DNA from: a virus
Lineage: Duplodnaviria > Caudoviricetes
Virus record (IMG/VR): IMGVR_UViG_3300037602_000179
Location: 1 to 36,691 of that record
Reading direction: 5' to 3' (one strand)
DNA: 36,691 nt
Below, one piece after another: positions 8,451-17,427 of the stretch (the first letter of the stretch is position 1; the number at the start of each line of letters is the position of its first letter). The notes beneath the pieces were generated by a model, which was not told the origin of the DNA, made no database searches, and saw only the letters and a program-made list of their open reading frames with translations. The position numbers and the translations under genes are program-made.

Positions 8451-9269
8451 ATGGCATACAATCCGCAAACAGATGCTCATCAGATTTATTCGGATGCCAG
8501 CTTTCCTTCACCCACTCTCCATACGACCGGCATCCATATGTTTGTTCAAGAGATGGCGACGGCTGGTTTAATAACTTTCACGACTTCAGCTTCAGCTCCC
8601 GCAGGACCTTCGCTTCATGATGTCTGGTATAGGCCGGACACAGGACTCTCAGGTAATGCGGCAGCGGCAGGAAACTCGGCTCTGTTTTATTATGACGGGG
8701 CGACTTGGCAAACTATGACGCCAGCTTTCTTCGCAGCTTATATCGGCGGCGTTGGTGGCTTTGGCACAGGGTCAGGCGACTTCCAGGCTGATGGATCCGT
8801 TCCTATGACGGGCAACCTTGACCTTGACGGCAATCGCATCATCCTTGACGCGGATGCTGATACTTATATTGACACATCAACTGATGATCGGCCCGTTCTT
8901 GTTGTTGGCGGCGTTGCCATCGCAACTTACACAGCGGATGGAATTGTTTATCCAGCCGCCACTGGGAATACAGGGGCCGCCTATGCGCCGGATTTATCAG
9001 GCAATGTGCGCACGTTTGACCTAACGCTTGACAACAACGTGACCTTTGGCGCTCCAACGGTGCCTGCCAATGCGGTGGGCGACTATGTGCATTTTCGTTT
9101 GACTCAGGACGGTACGGGTTCGCGGACTGCGGCATGGAATGCGGCATTTGATTGGGGCTCAACTGGCGCTCCAACATTATCAACTGCGGCGGGTGCGATT
9201 GACAATATGGTTGGTTATGTGGCCAGCACAACAAAGATCGAGATGTCCTTGGTTGACACGGGTTATTAG
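8451..9269 (+). CDS. Tail fibre-like protein (paralog B3)
   Basis: YNP N-terminal domain, DGSVPMTGNLDL, and C-terminal LTQDGTGSRT..W...F.W...APTLSTAAGAID domain seen in phage fibres that precede LamG proteins. Confidence 0.68.
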   Translation: MAYNPQTDAHQIYSDASFPSPTLHTTGIHMFVQEMATAGLITFTTSASAPAGPSLHDVWYRPDTGLSGNAAAAGNSALFYYDGATWQTMTPAFFAAYIGGVGGFGTGSGDFQADGSVPMTGNLDLDGNRIILDADADTYIDTSTDDRPVLVVGGVAIATYTADGIVYPAATGNTGAAYAPDLSGNVRTFDLTLDNNVTFGAPTVPANAVGDYVHFRLTQDGTGSRTAAWNAAFDWGSTGAPTLSTAAGAIDNMVGYVASTTKIEMSLVDTGY

Positions 9270-9281
9270 ACGGGGGATTGC

Positions 9282-12200
9282 ATGAGCAATCAAACAAGAA
9301 AATATTATTTTGGATCTGGTAGCATCAGCCTATCTGGAAGCTCAGCTTTATTTGACGGCTCTTCAGCTTACCTTGACCGAACTTTTGCTAATGCCAATGG
9401 AGCTAATGACTGGACATTCTCTTATTGGCAAAAACTATCCACTACCGGATTAGCATCGATGAGGATTTTTTCTGGTGGTAGCGGTGGCGCTCAATACGAT
9501 GAGGTTGGTCTCGATAGCGACAACTTAGCTTTTGACAGCGCAGCTACTGGGACTCAGCTTGATGCGTTCAAATCACGGGATGTTACGGCCTGGGCTCATG
9601 TTTGCTGGGTAAAAGAGGGAAATAATATTGAGCTGTTTGTGAACGGTGAAAGCCGTGGAACACTTTCGTCTTCAGCCACTTCGGATGGCATTAATAGCGC
9701 GAACTTGCATGAGATTGGCAAATCTATATTGGGAGGAGACTTTTTTGAAGGGTTGGTGACGGAAGTTCATTTTCTGGATGGCTTAGTGGGCTCACCTTTT
9801 GATTTTGGTCAGTTTGGCAGCAATGGTGTATGGGAACCCAAACAATGGGTTGAGAGCTATGACGCAGACCTTGGAACGATGACTTCAAATGAAGGGACAC
9901 AACTTGCTTTCGAGGCTGGTGGTGTCGATTATTTATTTACATCTACACCAACTTCTTATGAGGTGTCAGCAATCGCAACAGATGGGAGTTTAACATCCAA
10001 ACAAACCGCAGCCACGACAACAGCCAGAGTGTCTACTCTTCTGCAACAAGGTGGAAACACCTATATAGCCACAAAATCCCGAAACACATCCGGCACTGTA
10101 AAGCTTTATAAATTTGACACCGTTACAGAGACATTAAGCGAGGTGCAGTCATTCAGCACTCTTGAGGGTTATGATATTCATGGCTTTGCCGCTGGCGGCG
10201 AGTCTTATGTGGTTGTTATTAATCTTAAAAACGGATCAAGTAACCACAATGTAAATTCTACGGTTTATAAGTTAGATACCGTCACGGACAGCTTAACCCA
10301 AGTGTCAACGTTTGCCACCAACGGTGGGTACTATTTTGACACCACTGAGATTGGTGGCGTTGTTTATGGTGCGGTTGCCAACTTTACGAATTGGAATGGC
10401 GTTGGAAGCATTAGCGGGACATATAACATCAATTCGAGGGTCTATACATTTGACACTGTAACGGAGACATTTAACTCCGTTCAGACGATTGCGACAAATC
10501 AGGGTTTTTTGACCACATTTATCGAGGGGCCGACAAAGACATATTTGCTTTACGGAAACTCAGGTCCCGACACTGCTTCTATTTATGTTTGGGATGGAGC
10601 ATCTTTTGTCTCAACTGGCCAAACTTTAGGTCACAGAGCGTTTGTTGAGAGATCTGTCTTGGTTAACGACTATGGCGACCATTACGTGCCGATAGGAACG
10701 GATCGACCTGGTGAGGCTAATTCTCTTTTCTTTATAAATGAAAGCGCGGATCTTCTTGAGAACGTGCAGTCTTTGAGCGGAGCTTCAAGAAACACCACTA
10801 TTGCTACCGTTGGTTCCAATCAATATTACTTTTCGACAGGACTGACGGACGGCTATGCTTATAGATGGCTGCCGGATCGTTCGAAATTGGTTGGCGACCC
10901 TATTTCGGTTTATGGGGCAAATGGGTTTCACTTGCTGCCTATATTTCCTTCAGATGGAGTGTTTGACGCTATTAACTTAGGCAAAGATTTCTCTGGAAAC
11001 GGCAATGACTTTAACGTCAATGGTGGCTTAACAAGCAGCTTTGACAGCCCTTTTACCAACCATGCCGTGTTAAACAGCCTTGATCCGAACGCTGGAGCTT
11101 TGTCAAATGGAAATTTGACGCTTGCATCAGGCACAGCCAAAGCAACTATTAACCCCGCCACTGGAACGTATGATTACGAAAAGGGGGGCGTTGAAGTTAC
11201 TTATGACGCTGACACAAACGGCATATTCGATGATGACCTGACGGCTGACACTTATGACTTTGGTCAGAACGGGTTTACGGCAACTGGCGCTGATAGTTTA
11301 ATTTCAGCGGCAACGTTACCAACTCCCTTGGTGGCAAACCCGACCTCAATTCAGGGTGCATTAACCTTCACCTCGACAGGCGCAGCAATTAATGTTCCTG
11401 TTGTTGACAGTCAAGGCAGCAATGTCAACCTGTCAACAGATGGGGCGCTAATTGTTGTTAAACGTACAGACGCATCAGGCGATTGGTACTGGATTGACAC
11501 GGTGGGGGGCGCAGGTAACTACTGGTCATCGAATGACACCGATCCTCAAACATCGGATGGGAATCTCTGCACAGCAATAAATGACGGTTCCGTCTCATTT
11601 GGAACTTCCTTGCCTGCTGGCAACTACGTTCTTTACTACTTCGTTGTTACGCCTGGCGTGTTTGACATTGTATCTGTTGCGACAGCAGGCTCAGCAATAA
11701 GTGTTCCGCACTCTCTGGGCTTGAAGCCTGATTTTATTATTCATGCTGACGTGTCAAATGGTGGTGTTCGCAGTATCTACCATTCAGATCTTGGCGCAAA
11801 CAATCGATTGCGCCTCAATGGAAACAATACATCAGAGGCGTCAACTCGATGGAACAACACAGAGCCGAATGCTACGACATTCGACATTCTCTCCGGTGCT
11901 GCAAACAATAGGCTGTACCTTTGGTCAAACCAAGCAGGGGTTACAAATTTTGGCAGCTACACTTCCAACAACTCTACGGATGGCCCTGTCGTTAACACTG
12001 GCTTTAGCCCATCGATCATGGTGTTTAAGTACGATGCGGCAGGAGGTAATGGCTGGAAGATCAGAGATGCTGCCATGCAACCTTACAACGATGACGCAGA
12101 TGAACGGTTGCTTTTAAACACAAGTGGAGCGAATACGGTCAGCACAGCGAATCTAGACTTCCTTGCGACCGGAGCAAAGCTGCGATCAAATAATTCTGAC

Positions 12201-12284
12201 GTCAATGACTCAAGCGTTACGTACTATTATATGGCCTGGGCATTGCATTCCACAGGGGGGGCAACCCCAGCAACAGCAAGATAA
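9282..12284 (+). CDS. Large tail / receptor-binding protein: LamG (concanavalin-like) domain, EAR/EPTP-like beta-propeller insert and C-terminal beta-rich domain
   Basis: WTFSYWQK...AWAHVCWV...LFVNG...IG...FEGLVTEVHF (LamG). Repeats of Q...T..G....F..GG..Y..V.N.....NS.VY..D. C-terminal HSLGLKPDFII and GPVVNTGFSPS. Confidence 0.72.
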   Translation: MSNQTRKYYFGSGSISLSGSSALFDGSSAYLDRTFANANGANDWTFSYWQKLSTTGLASMRIFSGGSGGAQYDEVGLDSDNLAFDSAATGTQLDAFKSRDVTAWAHVCWVKEGNNIELFVNGESRGTLSSSATSDGINSANLHEIGKSILGGDFFEGLVTEVHFLDGLVGSPFDFGQFGSNGVWEPKQWVESYDADLGTMTSNEGTQLAFEAGGVDYLFTSTPTSYEVSAIATDGSLTSKQTAATTTARVSTLLQQGGNTYIATKSRNTSGTVKLYKFDTVTETLSEVQSFSTLEGYDIHGFAAGGESYVVVINLKNGSSNHNVNSTVYKLDTVTDSLTQVSTFATNGGYYFDTTEIGGVVYGAVANFTNWNGVGSISGTYNINSRVYTFDTVTETFNSVQTIATNQGFLTTFIEGPTKTYLLYGNSGPDTASIYVWDGASFVSTGQTLGHRAFVERSVLVNDYGDHYVPIGTDRPGEANSLFFINESADLLENVQSLSGASRNTTIATVGSNQYYFSTGLTDGYAYRWLPDRSKLVGDPISVYGANGFHLLPIFPSDGVFDAINLGKDFSGNGNDFNVNGGLTSSFDSPFTNHAVLNSLDPNAGALSNGNLTLASGTAKATINPATGTYDYEKGGVEVTYDADTNGIFDDDLTADTYDFGQNGFTATGADSLISAATLPTPLVANPTSIQGALTFTSTGAAINVPVVDSQGSNVNLSTDGALIVVKRTDASGDWYWIDTVGGAGNYWSSNDTDPQTSDGNLCTAINDGSVSFGTSLPAGNYVLYYFVVTPGVFDIVSVATAGSAISVPHSLGLKPDFIIHADVSNGGVRSIYHSDLGANNRLRLNGNNTSEASTRWNNTEPNATTFDILSGAANNRLYLWSNQAGVTNFGSYTSNNSTDGPVVNTGFSPSIMVFKYDAAGGNGWKIRDAAMQPYNDDADERLLLNTSGANTVSTANLDFLATGAKLRSNNSDVNDSSVTYYYMAWALHSTGGATPATAR

Positions 12285-12297
12285 ATAGGAGAACCAT

Positions 12298-13011
12298 ATG
12301 GCTTGGGCTATTTGGGAAAATAACAGCGCCACTCTATTGAGGGGTGGCGCATTTAAAAAAGACGGCACACAATATCCTGCGGGATGGTTGTTAAGCGCCA
12401 CTGAGGCCGAAAGAGCCGCCTTAAGCATTTACCCTCATCGAAGGGAGCATGTAACGTTGGGCGACCTTCAGGTAAAAGGCGCAGCAACAACATCACTTGT
12501 GAATGGCGAGGTTGTTACGACGCAACCCGCAGTTGACATGGACATTGAATCCGCAAAAGCCAAAGCTCGGCTTATGGTGAACGAGTGGCGTGATAAGATA
12601 TTCTTATCAGTATTTGAGTATGGCGGTAAATGGTTTGAGGCTAACGAGCGGTCATCTGAAAACATTGATCGGATGTATAATCGGGCAACAAGCGGATCAT
12701 CATGGCCAACTACAGCATGGACTGCGGTCGATGATACGGATCTTCCTGTTGATGCCAGCAAAATGATTGAGCTTGGAGATGCCTTGCTGGACCGCAATCA
12801 TGCGGCTCACTTTGCGGCTCGTCAAGCAAAGGCAGCCATTAAGGCGGCCAATTCTGTCGCTGAGGTGCAGACCGCTATAGACAGCTTTAAAACGTCAAAT
12901 AAGGTCAATCAGCCCATTGAGCAATCTGATCATTCTGCAATGGTTGGGGCGCAGGGTTATGTGGCCGATCCAACAATCAATTATGTGATTGTACCTGACG
13001 GAGTGTTGTAA
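12298..13011 (+). CDS. Tail fibre assembly-like protein (DUF4376-like C-terminal domain)
   Basis: DGTQYPAGWL...ER..L N-terminus and FEYGGKWF..NE.S..NI...W...DD...V.A..M..LG.A C-terminus. AGGAG RBS. Confidence 0.6.
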   Translation: MAWAIWENNSATLLRGGAFKKDGTQYPAGWLLSATEAERAALSIYPHRREHVTLGDLQVKGAATTSLVNGEVVTTQPAVDMDIESAKAKARLMVNEWRDKIFLSVFEYGGKWFEANERSSENIDRMYNRATSGSSWPTTAWTAVDDTDLPVDASKMIELGDALLDRNHAAHFAARQAKAAIKAANSVAEVQTAIDSFKTSNKVNQPIEQSDHSAMVGAQGYVADPTINYVIVPDGVL

Positions 13012-13012
13012 A

Positions 13013-13447
13013 ATGTCGGGCTTTGAAAGTCCGCTGATTGTTGAGATCCCGTTCATGGATAGCAGCGACATGGTTGTTATACAAAAGCAACTTGTTTACC
13101 GCTCATCCAGGTACGGGATTTTTAAAGTAAATAGGGGGTTTATTTCAGATCTTGCGTCGATCCCCAAGGGGGCTCGATGGCTGATCTCGAAAGTGGAAAA
13201 GCACTCGGCGGCAGCTGTCATACATGATGCTCTCTATGTGTACCATCCTTTGAGCAAGGAGGATGCTGACGATGTGTTCCTTGAGGCGATGGCCGTGAGC
13301 GGCGTACCTTTATGGAAGCGAGTAATTATGTACCTGGCTGTTAAATATCACGGTGGCCAGTACTTCGATAATCCCGATCAGAGGTCGGAAGACAAATCTC
13401 TGTTCGATCATGTGCCAAAAGTATCGGCACCTCAATTATCAATTTAG
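13013..13447 (+). CDS. DUF1353 family phage protein
   Basis: GFISDLASIP...AAVIHDALY...EDADDVFLEAM...GV..WKR.IMYLAV is the family signature. ATG at 13013. Confidence 0.85.
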   Translation: MSGFESPLIVEIPFMDSSDMVVIQKQLVYRSSRYGIFKVNRGFISDLASIPKGARWLISKVEKHSAAAVIHDALYVYHPLSKEDADDVFLEAMAVSGVPLWKRVIMYLAVKYHGGQYFDNPDQRSEDKSLFDHVPKVSAPQLSI

Positions 13448-13456
13448 GGGGACTGT

Positions 13457-14227
13457 ATGTATAGACATACGCATAAAGATCCTGTGATAGATCTCTGTGA
13501 CGATCTTATCGCAAGTACGGAGGGCTGCGAGCTTAAAGCTTATTATTGCCCAGGAGGCAAGCTGACCATTGGTTACGGTCACACTGGGCCGGATGTCTAT
13601 GAGGGCATGAAGGTTACTAAAGAGCAAGCGAATGAGCTTTTATTTAAAGACATTTGCCGGTTTAAGAACGGGGTCGAAAAGCTTTTAAAAAGAGCGGCTC
13701 AGCCTCATGAAACCGCCGCCTTTACTTCATTCGCCTTTAACATCGGCCTTGGTGCTTTTGCTCGATCCACGGCATTGCGCTGCTTTAACAGCGGTGAGTA
13801 TGGCACTTATGACAGGGCGGCTTTGCAGGCTTCGAATCTTGAGGATTTATCCGGCGTGATGTGGGGCTTTGCGGCCTTCCGCATGGTCAATGGGCAAATT
13901 AGCAAAGGGCTGGTTAAGCGACGAGCTTACGAAGCCGAGCTTTTTGCAACCGGCGGCTGGCATAGAGCCACGTCAGATCGAATGCCACAGGTGATAGATG
14001 ATCCTGAGCCAAAGCCAAGGATCTTGAGACCTGGCATGACGGGAGAGCTTGTTTCGCAGCTCCATGATGCTTTGGAGGAAGTTGGGCATCCTTGCTATGC
14101 GGGGAATGCTTATACGTTTGTGACGGCAGCTCAGGTCAAGGCCTTTCAGGCAAAGCATGGGCTTAAAGCCGATGGCATTTATGGTCCGGCCACTTGCGAA
14201 AAGTTAACGGAAGCTTTGGGGGATTGA
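13457..14227 (+). CDS. Phage endolysin: GH24 lysozyme plus C-terminal peptidoglycan-binding domain
   Basis: EG.ELKAY.CPGGKLTIGYGHT, SFAFNIG.GAF..ST.L, GLVKRR..EAELF. C-terminal LRPG..G..V..L...VKAFQAKHGLKADGIYGP. Confidence 0.92.
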   Translation: MYRHTHKDPVIDLCDDLIASTEGCELKAYYCPGGKLTIGYGHTGPDVYEGMKVTKEQANELLFKDICRFKNGVEKLLKRAAQPHETAAFTSFAFNIGLGAFARSTALRCFNSGEYGTYDRAALQASNLEDLSGVMWGFAAFRMVNGQISKGLVKRRAYEAELFATGGWHRATSDRMPQVIDDPEPKPRILRPGMTGELVSQLHDALEEVGHPCYAGNAYTFVTAAQVKAFQAKHGLKADGIYGPATCEKLTEALGD

Positions 14228-14228
14228 T

Positions 14229-14570
14229 ATGGACGTTGGAACAGTGATGCGCTTGGCCGCCAAACTTCTCGATGTGAATAAGGACGGCAATCTTGCGGGG
14301 GAGACAATGCAAATCGTCACTCCCATCGTTACGAAAGTTTTACCGGCGACGGCAAATCTTATGCCCTTAATTGAGACAATCGTGATGCCCGCTCTTGAGG
14401 AGACTCTTTCATATGAGGAGTATGATCAAATCAATGAGAGTATCACGATGATTAAGGACGGGCTGCAAGATTTGGAAATACAAGCCATGGCAAGCAGGGA
14501 TGCTGTTCTTGCCATGAGCTCAGAGGAACTTAAAGATCACGCTGAGAATACTGGCTTATTTAAGGATTAG
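14229..14570 (+). CDS. Hypothetical phage protein in the lysis region
   Basis: 113-aa ORF tightly packed after the lysin. No recognisable domain and no clear TM helix. Confidence 0.5.
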   Translation: MDVGTVMRLAAKLLDVNKDGNLAGETMQIVTPIVTKVLPATANLMPLIETIVMPALEETLSYEEYDQINESITMIKDGLQDLEIQAMASRDAVLAMSSEELKDHAENTGLFKD

Positions 14571-14574
14571 TTAT

Positions 14575-14862
14575 ATGAAAAAAGCTCTTTTGGTTACTGC
14601 TTCTCTCTTGGTTCTTGCGGGTTGTGATGGGGCTAATAATTTAGGCTCATTGATTCCTGTTACTGATGCCAAGAAAGAAGATCCTAAGCCTGATTATAAG
14701 GAGGCCTGCAAACAAGCCCAGCTATCCGGCTTGAACGATCTTCAGGTGTCTCGAAAGGATCAAACCAGCACGGTAAGTGGGGTTGCGGCGGTGAAGGCTT
14801 ATTGGGCCAAGCTATGCGCAAGCCCAGATAACGTGCCGATGAAGGTTCCGATTAAAAAATAA
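14575..14862 (+). CDS. Lipoprotein, possible o-spanin-like
   Basis: MKK signal peptide with LAGC lipobox. Last gene of the late operon. Confidence 0.6.
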   Translation: MKKALLVTASLLVLAGCDGANNLGSLIPVTDAKKEDPKPDYKEACKQAQLSGLNDLQVSRKDQTSTVSGVAAVKAYWAKLCASPDNVPMKVPIKK

Positions 14863-14891
14863 ATATTGAGAAATATTTTATAGATATGAGT

Positions 14892-14927
14892 AAGCCCCGA
14901 CGCCTTAATTGGTGTCGGGGCTTTTTT
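14892..14927 (+). terminator. Rho-independent terminator of the late operon
   Basis: AAGCCCCGACGCC-TTAATT-GGTGTCGGGGCTT hairpin followed by a T run, 30 nt after the last late gene. Overlaps the 3' end of the convergent ORF 14905..15132. Confidence 0.85.
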
Positions 14928-15132
14928 GCGTTTCTGATAGGATTTTTTCTAGGTTCTCGTTCATGATAGCGAGCATAATTGTTTGCTGCATCTGCATTTG
15001 CATAATGGCAAACATTAATCTATCTCCATTTACTCCATTCTCTTTTACTGAGCTTTCTAGCTCAGCAAAAGAGCTGATGGATTTATCTATAACGCTCTGA
15101 ACGCTTATTTCATTCCCATTCTCATCAATCAC
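14905..15132 (-). CDS. Hypothetical phage protein
   Basis: 75-aa ORF overlapping 15129..15341 by 4 nt. Confidence 0.45.
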   Translation of the reverse strand: MIDENGNEISVQSVIDKSISSFAELESSVKENGVNGDRLMFAIMQMQMQQTIMLAIMNENLEKILSETQKSPDTN

Positions 15133-15341
15133 GCCGCATTCTCCCTTTCAGTTAGTTCGTAAATAAGTGTTTGGACAGCATCCTCCTTGTTCGGACTGAT
15201 GCCATGCCTTGGATGTCCCTTTAATGCGTGCCATAAGAATTTTCTTTCTGACATGTAATACACATAACCAACGGGGATCTCGATTGGAATGCCACCATCT
15301 GAGTCACACTCCAATATTTTGTAAATACAACTTCCTTTCAA
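15129..15341 (-). CDS. Hypothetical phage protein
   Basis: 70-aa ORF with an AGGAG RBS upstream on the minus strand. Confidence 0.5.
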   Translation of the reverse strand: MKGSCIYKILECDSDGGIPIEIPVGYVYYMSERKFLWHALKGHPRHGISPNKEDAVQTLIYELTERENAA

Positions 15342-15408
15342 CTTTCATCTCCTGCAAACAATTACTTGATGCATTATTCATAAGATGAAAATATTAAAGA
15401 ATTGTTAA

Positions 15409-15870
15409 TTACAGTTGTCCGGTGCCACCATTAGCTCTTTCGGTGCTGCGAATCACTGAGATGTAAAGCATGAGATTATTCTTCTCGGTTTCCTTCGCAA
15501 TGTGAAGCAGGTCCATCGCTCTTGTGTTGTCTTGCTCTTCCAAGATTTGCTCGGAAATGCAATGAAGGTTTAGAAGAGTTTTCATGGCCTCTCTATAAAG
15601 ATCCCCCTCCCATGATGGTGCTGAAAGGGCGCAAAGCCCCTCCCTGGCTCCGGTGAGAAGCTTTGGGAGCCATTCCGCTCTTGAGTACCCGTTGAAGGCC
15701 TCCATGGCCTCAGCGCTTATGGGAGGGTCGTTTATGGGCAAGGGCGCTGGGCGTTGCTGCGGAGGCGGAGCCGGTGGTTGCTGCGGCTGTTGTTGGCCGT
15801 GTTCGGATTGAAGTTTTTGACCCGTCTCGATGAGCTGTTTTCTCGTCGGCATAATTTGATTTAAATTCAT
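15409..15870 (-). CDS. Hypothetical protein with Gln/Pro-rich linker
   Basis: ATG with GGGGG RBS. QQQPQQPPAPPPQQRPAPLP low-complexity segment, then a helical domain. Confidence 0.55.
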   Translation of the reverse strand: MNLNQIMPTRKQLIETGQKLQSEHGQQQPQQPPAPPPQQRPAPLPINDPPISAEAMEAFNGYSRAEWLPKLLTGAREGLCALSAPSWEGDLYREAMKTLLNLHCISEQILEEQDNTRAMDLLHIAKETEKNNLMLYISVIRSTERANGGTGQL

Positions 15871-15908
15871 GATTGCCCCCTAATTAAATTTAAAAGCAGC
15901 ATATATTA

Positions 15909-15927
15909 ATTTGCATTAAATGCAAAT
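15909..15927. promoter_or_regulatory. Palindromic operator candidate between divergent genes
   Basis: Perfect ATTTGCATT-A-AATGCAAAT inverted repeat in an AT-rich divergent intergenic region (15871-15999). Confidence 0.5.
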
Positions 15928-15999
15928 ATGTGCTTTAAGAAATTTCACTAGAGGAAAATTTAACACCCCTACTTGGGGTTGAAACGGGGGGGGGTACTT

Positions 16000-16410
16000 A
16001 TGAGTTTGCCTGATATTGTTGATACGTTGAAGAAAATGGAAGACATGGCTGAGGCTGCGGAGTTTGAGCTTAGACAATCAGGACAAATGAAAGATCCTGA
16101 GATTGCTGGAGTTCTTTTAAAAGATGCTTATAAGGATTATGGGCATCCGACGCCATTAAAGAAGGGGGATCTCGTTAAGCTCAAGAGTGAAAAAACACCT
16201 TACGCTCAACCATCTCCTGATGCCATAGCGCTCGTTGTGGAAGTTTGGGAGCCGGTTACAGCGAAAGAAGCTTCTGTAGCTGTGCAGGAAAAGTTCTCTC
16301 AAATCTATCGCGAAGACATTCTGATTTTTTGCAGGGTGATGGGCGTATGGGTTTATTTCAGCGTTGATAGTCGTTACTTTGAGAAGGTCGGGGAGATTGA
16401 AATTGACTGA
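16000..16410 (+). CDS. Hypothetical phage protein
   Basis: ATG at 16000 after a G-rich RBS. LKKGDLV.L...DSRYFE, possibly SH3/KOW-like. Confidence 0.55.
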   Translation: MSLPDIVDTLKKMEDMAEAAEFELRQSGQMKDPEIAGVLLKDAYKDYGHPTPLKKGDLVKLKSEKTPYAQPSPDAIALVVEVWEPVTAKEASVAVQEKFSQIYREDILIFCRVMGVWVYFSVDSRYFEKVGEIEID

Positions 16411-16780
16411 TTTTGTTAAAAGCATCGACCCCATCGATAAAAGGGTGGGAGAGATGATTAAAAAAAAGAGGCTACTTGCAGGTCTCACCCAAGGGGATCT
16501 TGGTGACGAATTAGGTCTGACTTTTCAGCAAATCCAGAAGTATGAAAATGGCATGAACCGCGTCTCGGCAAGCAGGCTTTATAGGATTGCTAAGGTGCTG
16601 AAGGTAAGTGTCAGCTACTTCTTTTCTGAGCTTGATAGCACAATTAAACCTGACCCAGCGGAGGCGATTTTGCGAACATCGGATGGAGTTAAGATGGCAA
16701 GGGCTTATTGCTCAATTAAAAATCCAAAGGTGAGGCGAAATGTGACAATTTTGGTTTCGTCACTGGTTGAGGAGGCATAA
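16403..16780 (+). CDS. XRE-family helix-turn-helix regulator
   Basis: DPID..VG..I..KR...GLTQ..LG..LGLTFQQIQKYENGMNRVSASRL is the alphaproteobacterial XRE signature. Start is uncertain (TTG 16403). Confidence 0.92.
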   Translation: MTDFVKSIDPIDKRVGEMIKKKRLLAGLTQGDLGDELGLTFQQIQKYENGMNRVSASRLYRIAKVLKVSVSYFFSELDSTIKPDPAEAILRTSDGVKMARAYCSIKNPKVRRNVTILVSSLVEEA

Positions 16781-17376
16781 TGTCACAAAGAAATAGTGAG
16801 TACGAACTCAAAGAGAATAATGATTATTTTACCCCTGACTGGGTGGTTCACAGGCTGTTTAACGGCTTTCCCTTCCCTCTCCTTGAGGGAGGGGTCTGGG
16901 ACCCGTGCTGCGGCGATGGCGGCATCGTTAAAGCGTGCCGAGCAAGGGGGTTGCGAGCAGATGGGTCTGATTTGAATGATTATGGCTTTGGTCAAACTGG
17001 GGTTGATTTCTTGGACATAAAAGATCTTCCCGTAGGCTTTCGCCATATAGTCACAAACCCGCCATATGGGCCGCAGGGCAAGCTTGCAGTCGATTTCCTT
17101 GAGCATTCATTGAACCTTGTTAGCAAATCTGAGGGGATGCTGGCTTTTCTTTTGAAGGTCAACTTTGATAGCGCAAAAGGAAGGCGACATATCTTTAAAA
17201 ACAACTATATGTTTGAGGGTGAGCTTAGGTTGCTTGAGCGAATTAGATGGACTAATCTTGTTCAAGCTGCGGCGGGACCTTCCGAGAATCATTCGTGGTT
17301 TGTTTGGAATGGGGAAGGACGGCGATTTAATTATCCGGTTAAGTTGTTCGCGGAGCCGATTGAGGCGGCAACATAA
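16780..17376 (+). CDS. Phage DNA adenine methyltransferase
   Basis: DYFTP, SAM-binding WDPCCGDG and catalytic TNPPY motifs. Confidence 0.85.
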   Translation: MSQRNSEYELKENNDYFTPDWVVHRLFNGFPFPLLEGGVWDPCCGDGGIVKACRARGLRADGSDLNDYGFGQTGVDFLDIKDLPVGFRHIVTNPPYGPQGKLAVDFLEHSLNLVSKSEGMLAFLLKVNFDSAKGRRHIFKNNYMFEGELRLLERIRWTNLVQAAAGPSENHSWFVWNGEGRRFNYPVKLFAEPIEAAT

Positions 17377-17427
17377 TGAGAGAGATGGTTTCGACCTTCT
17401 TTTTTATTTTAAGCAACACTAGGAGGC

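Noticed and set aside
4603-9269. Invertible tail-fibre cassette (Mu G-segment or shufflon)
   Set aside because: All fibre genes are on the same strand. I found no invertase gene and no inverted recombination sites.
1-14862. Tailocin, eCIS or transposable Mu-type phage
   Set aside because: The module is linked to a tyrosine integrase and tRNA att site, which fits a site-specific prophage. Head genes would lie left of the window and cannot be checked here.
15986-15994. G9 homopolymer as a phase-variation tract
   Set aside because: It sits at the RBS position of the ATG at 16000, outside the likely coding region, and one sequence gives no evidence of length variation.
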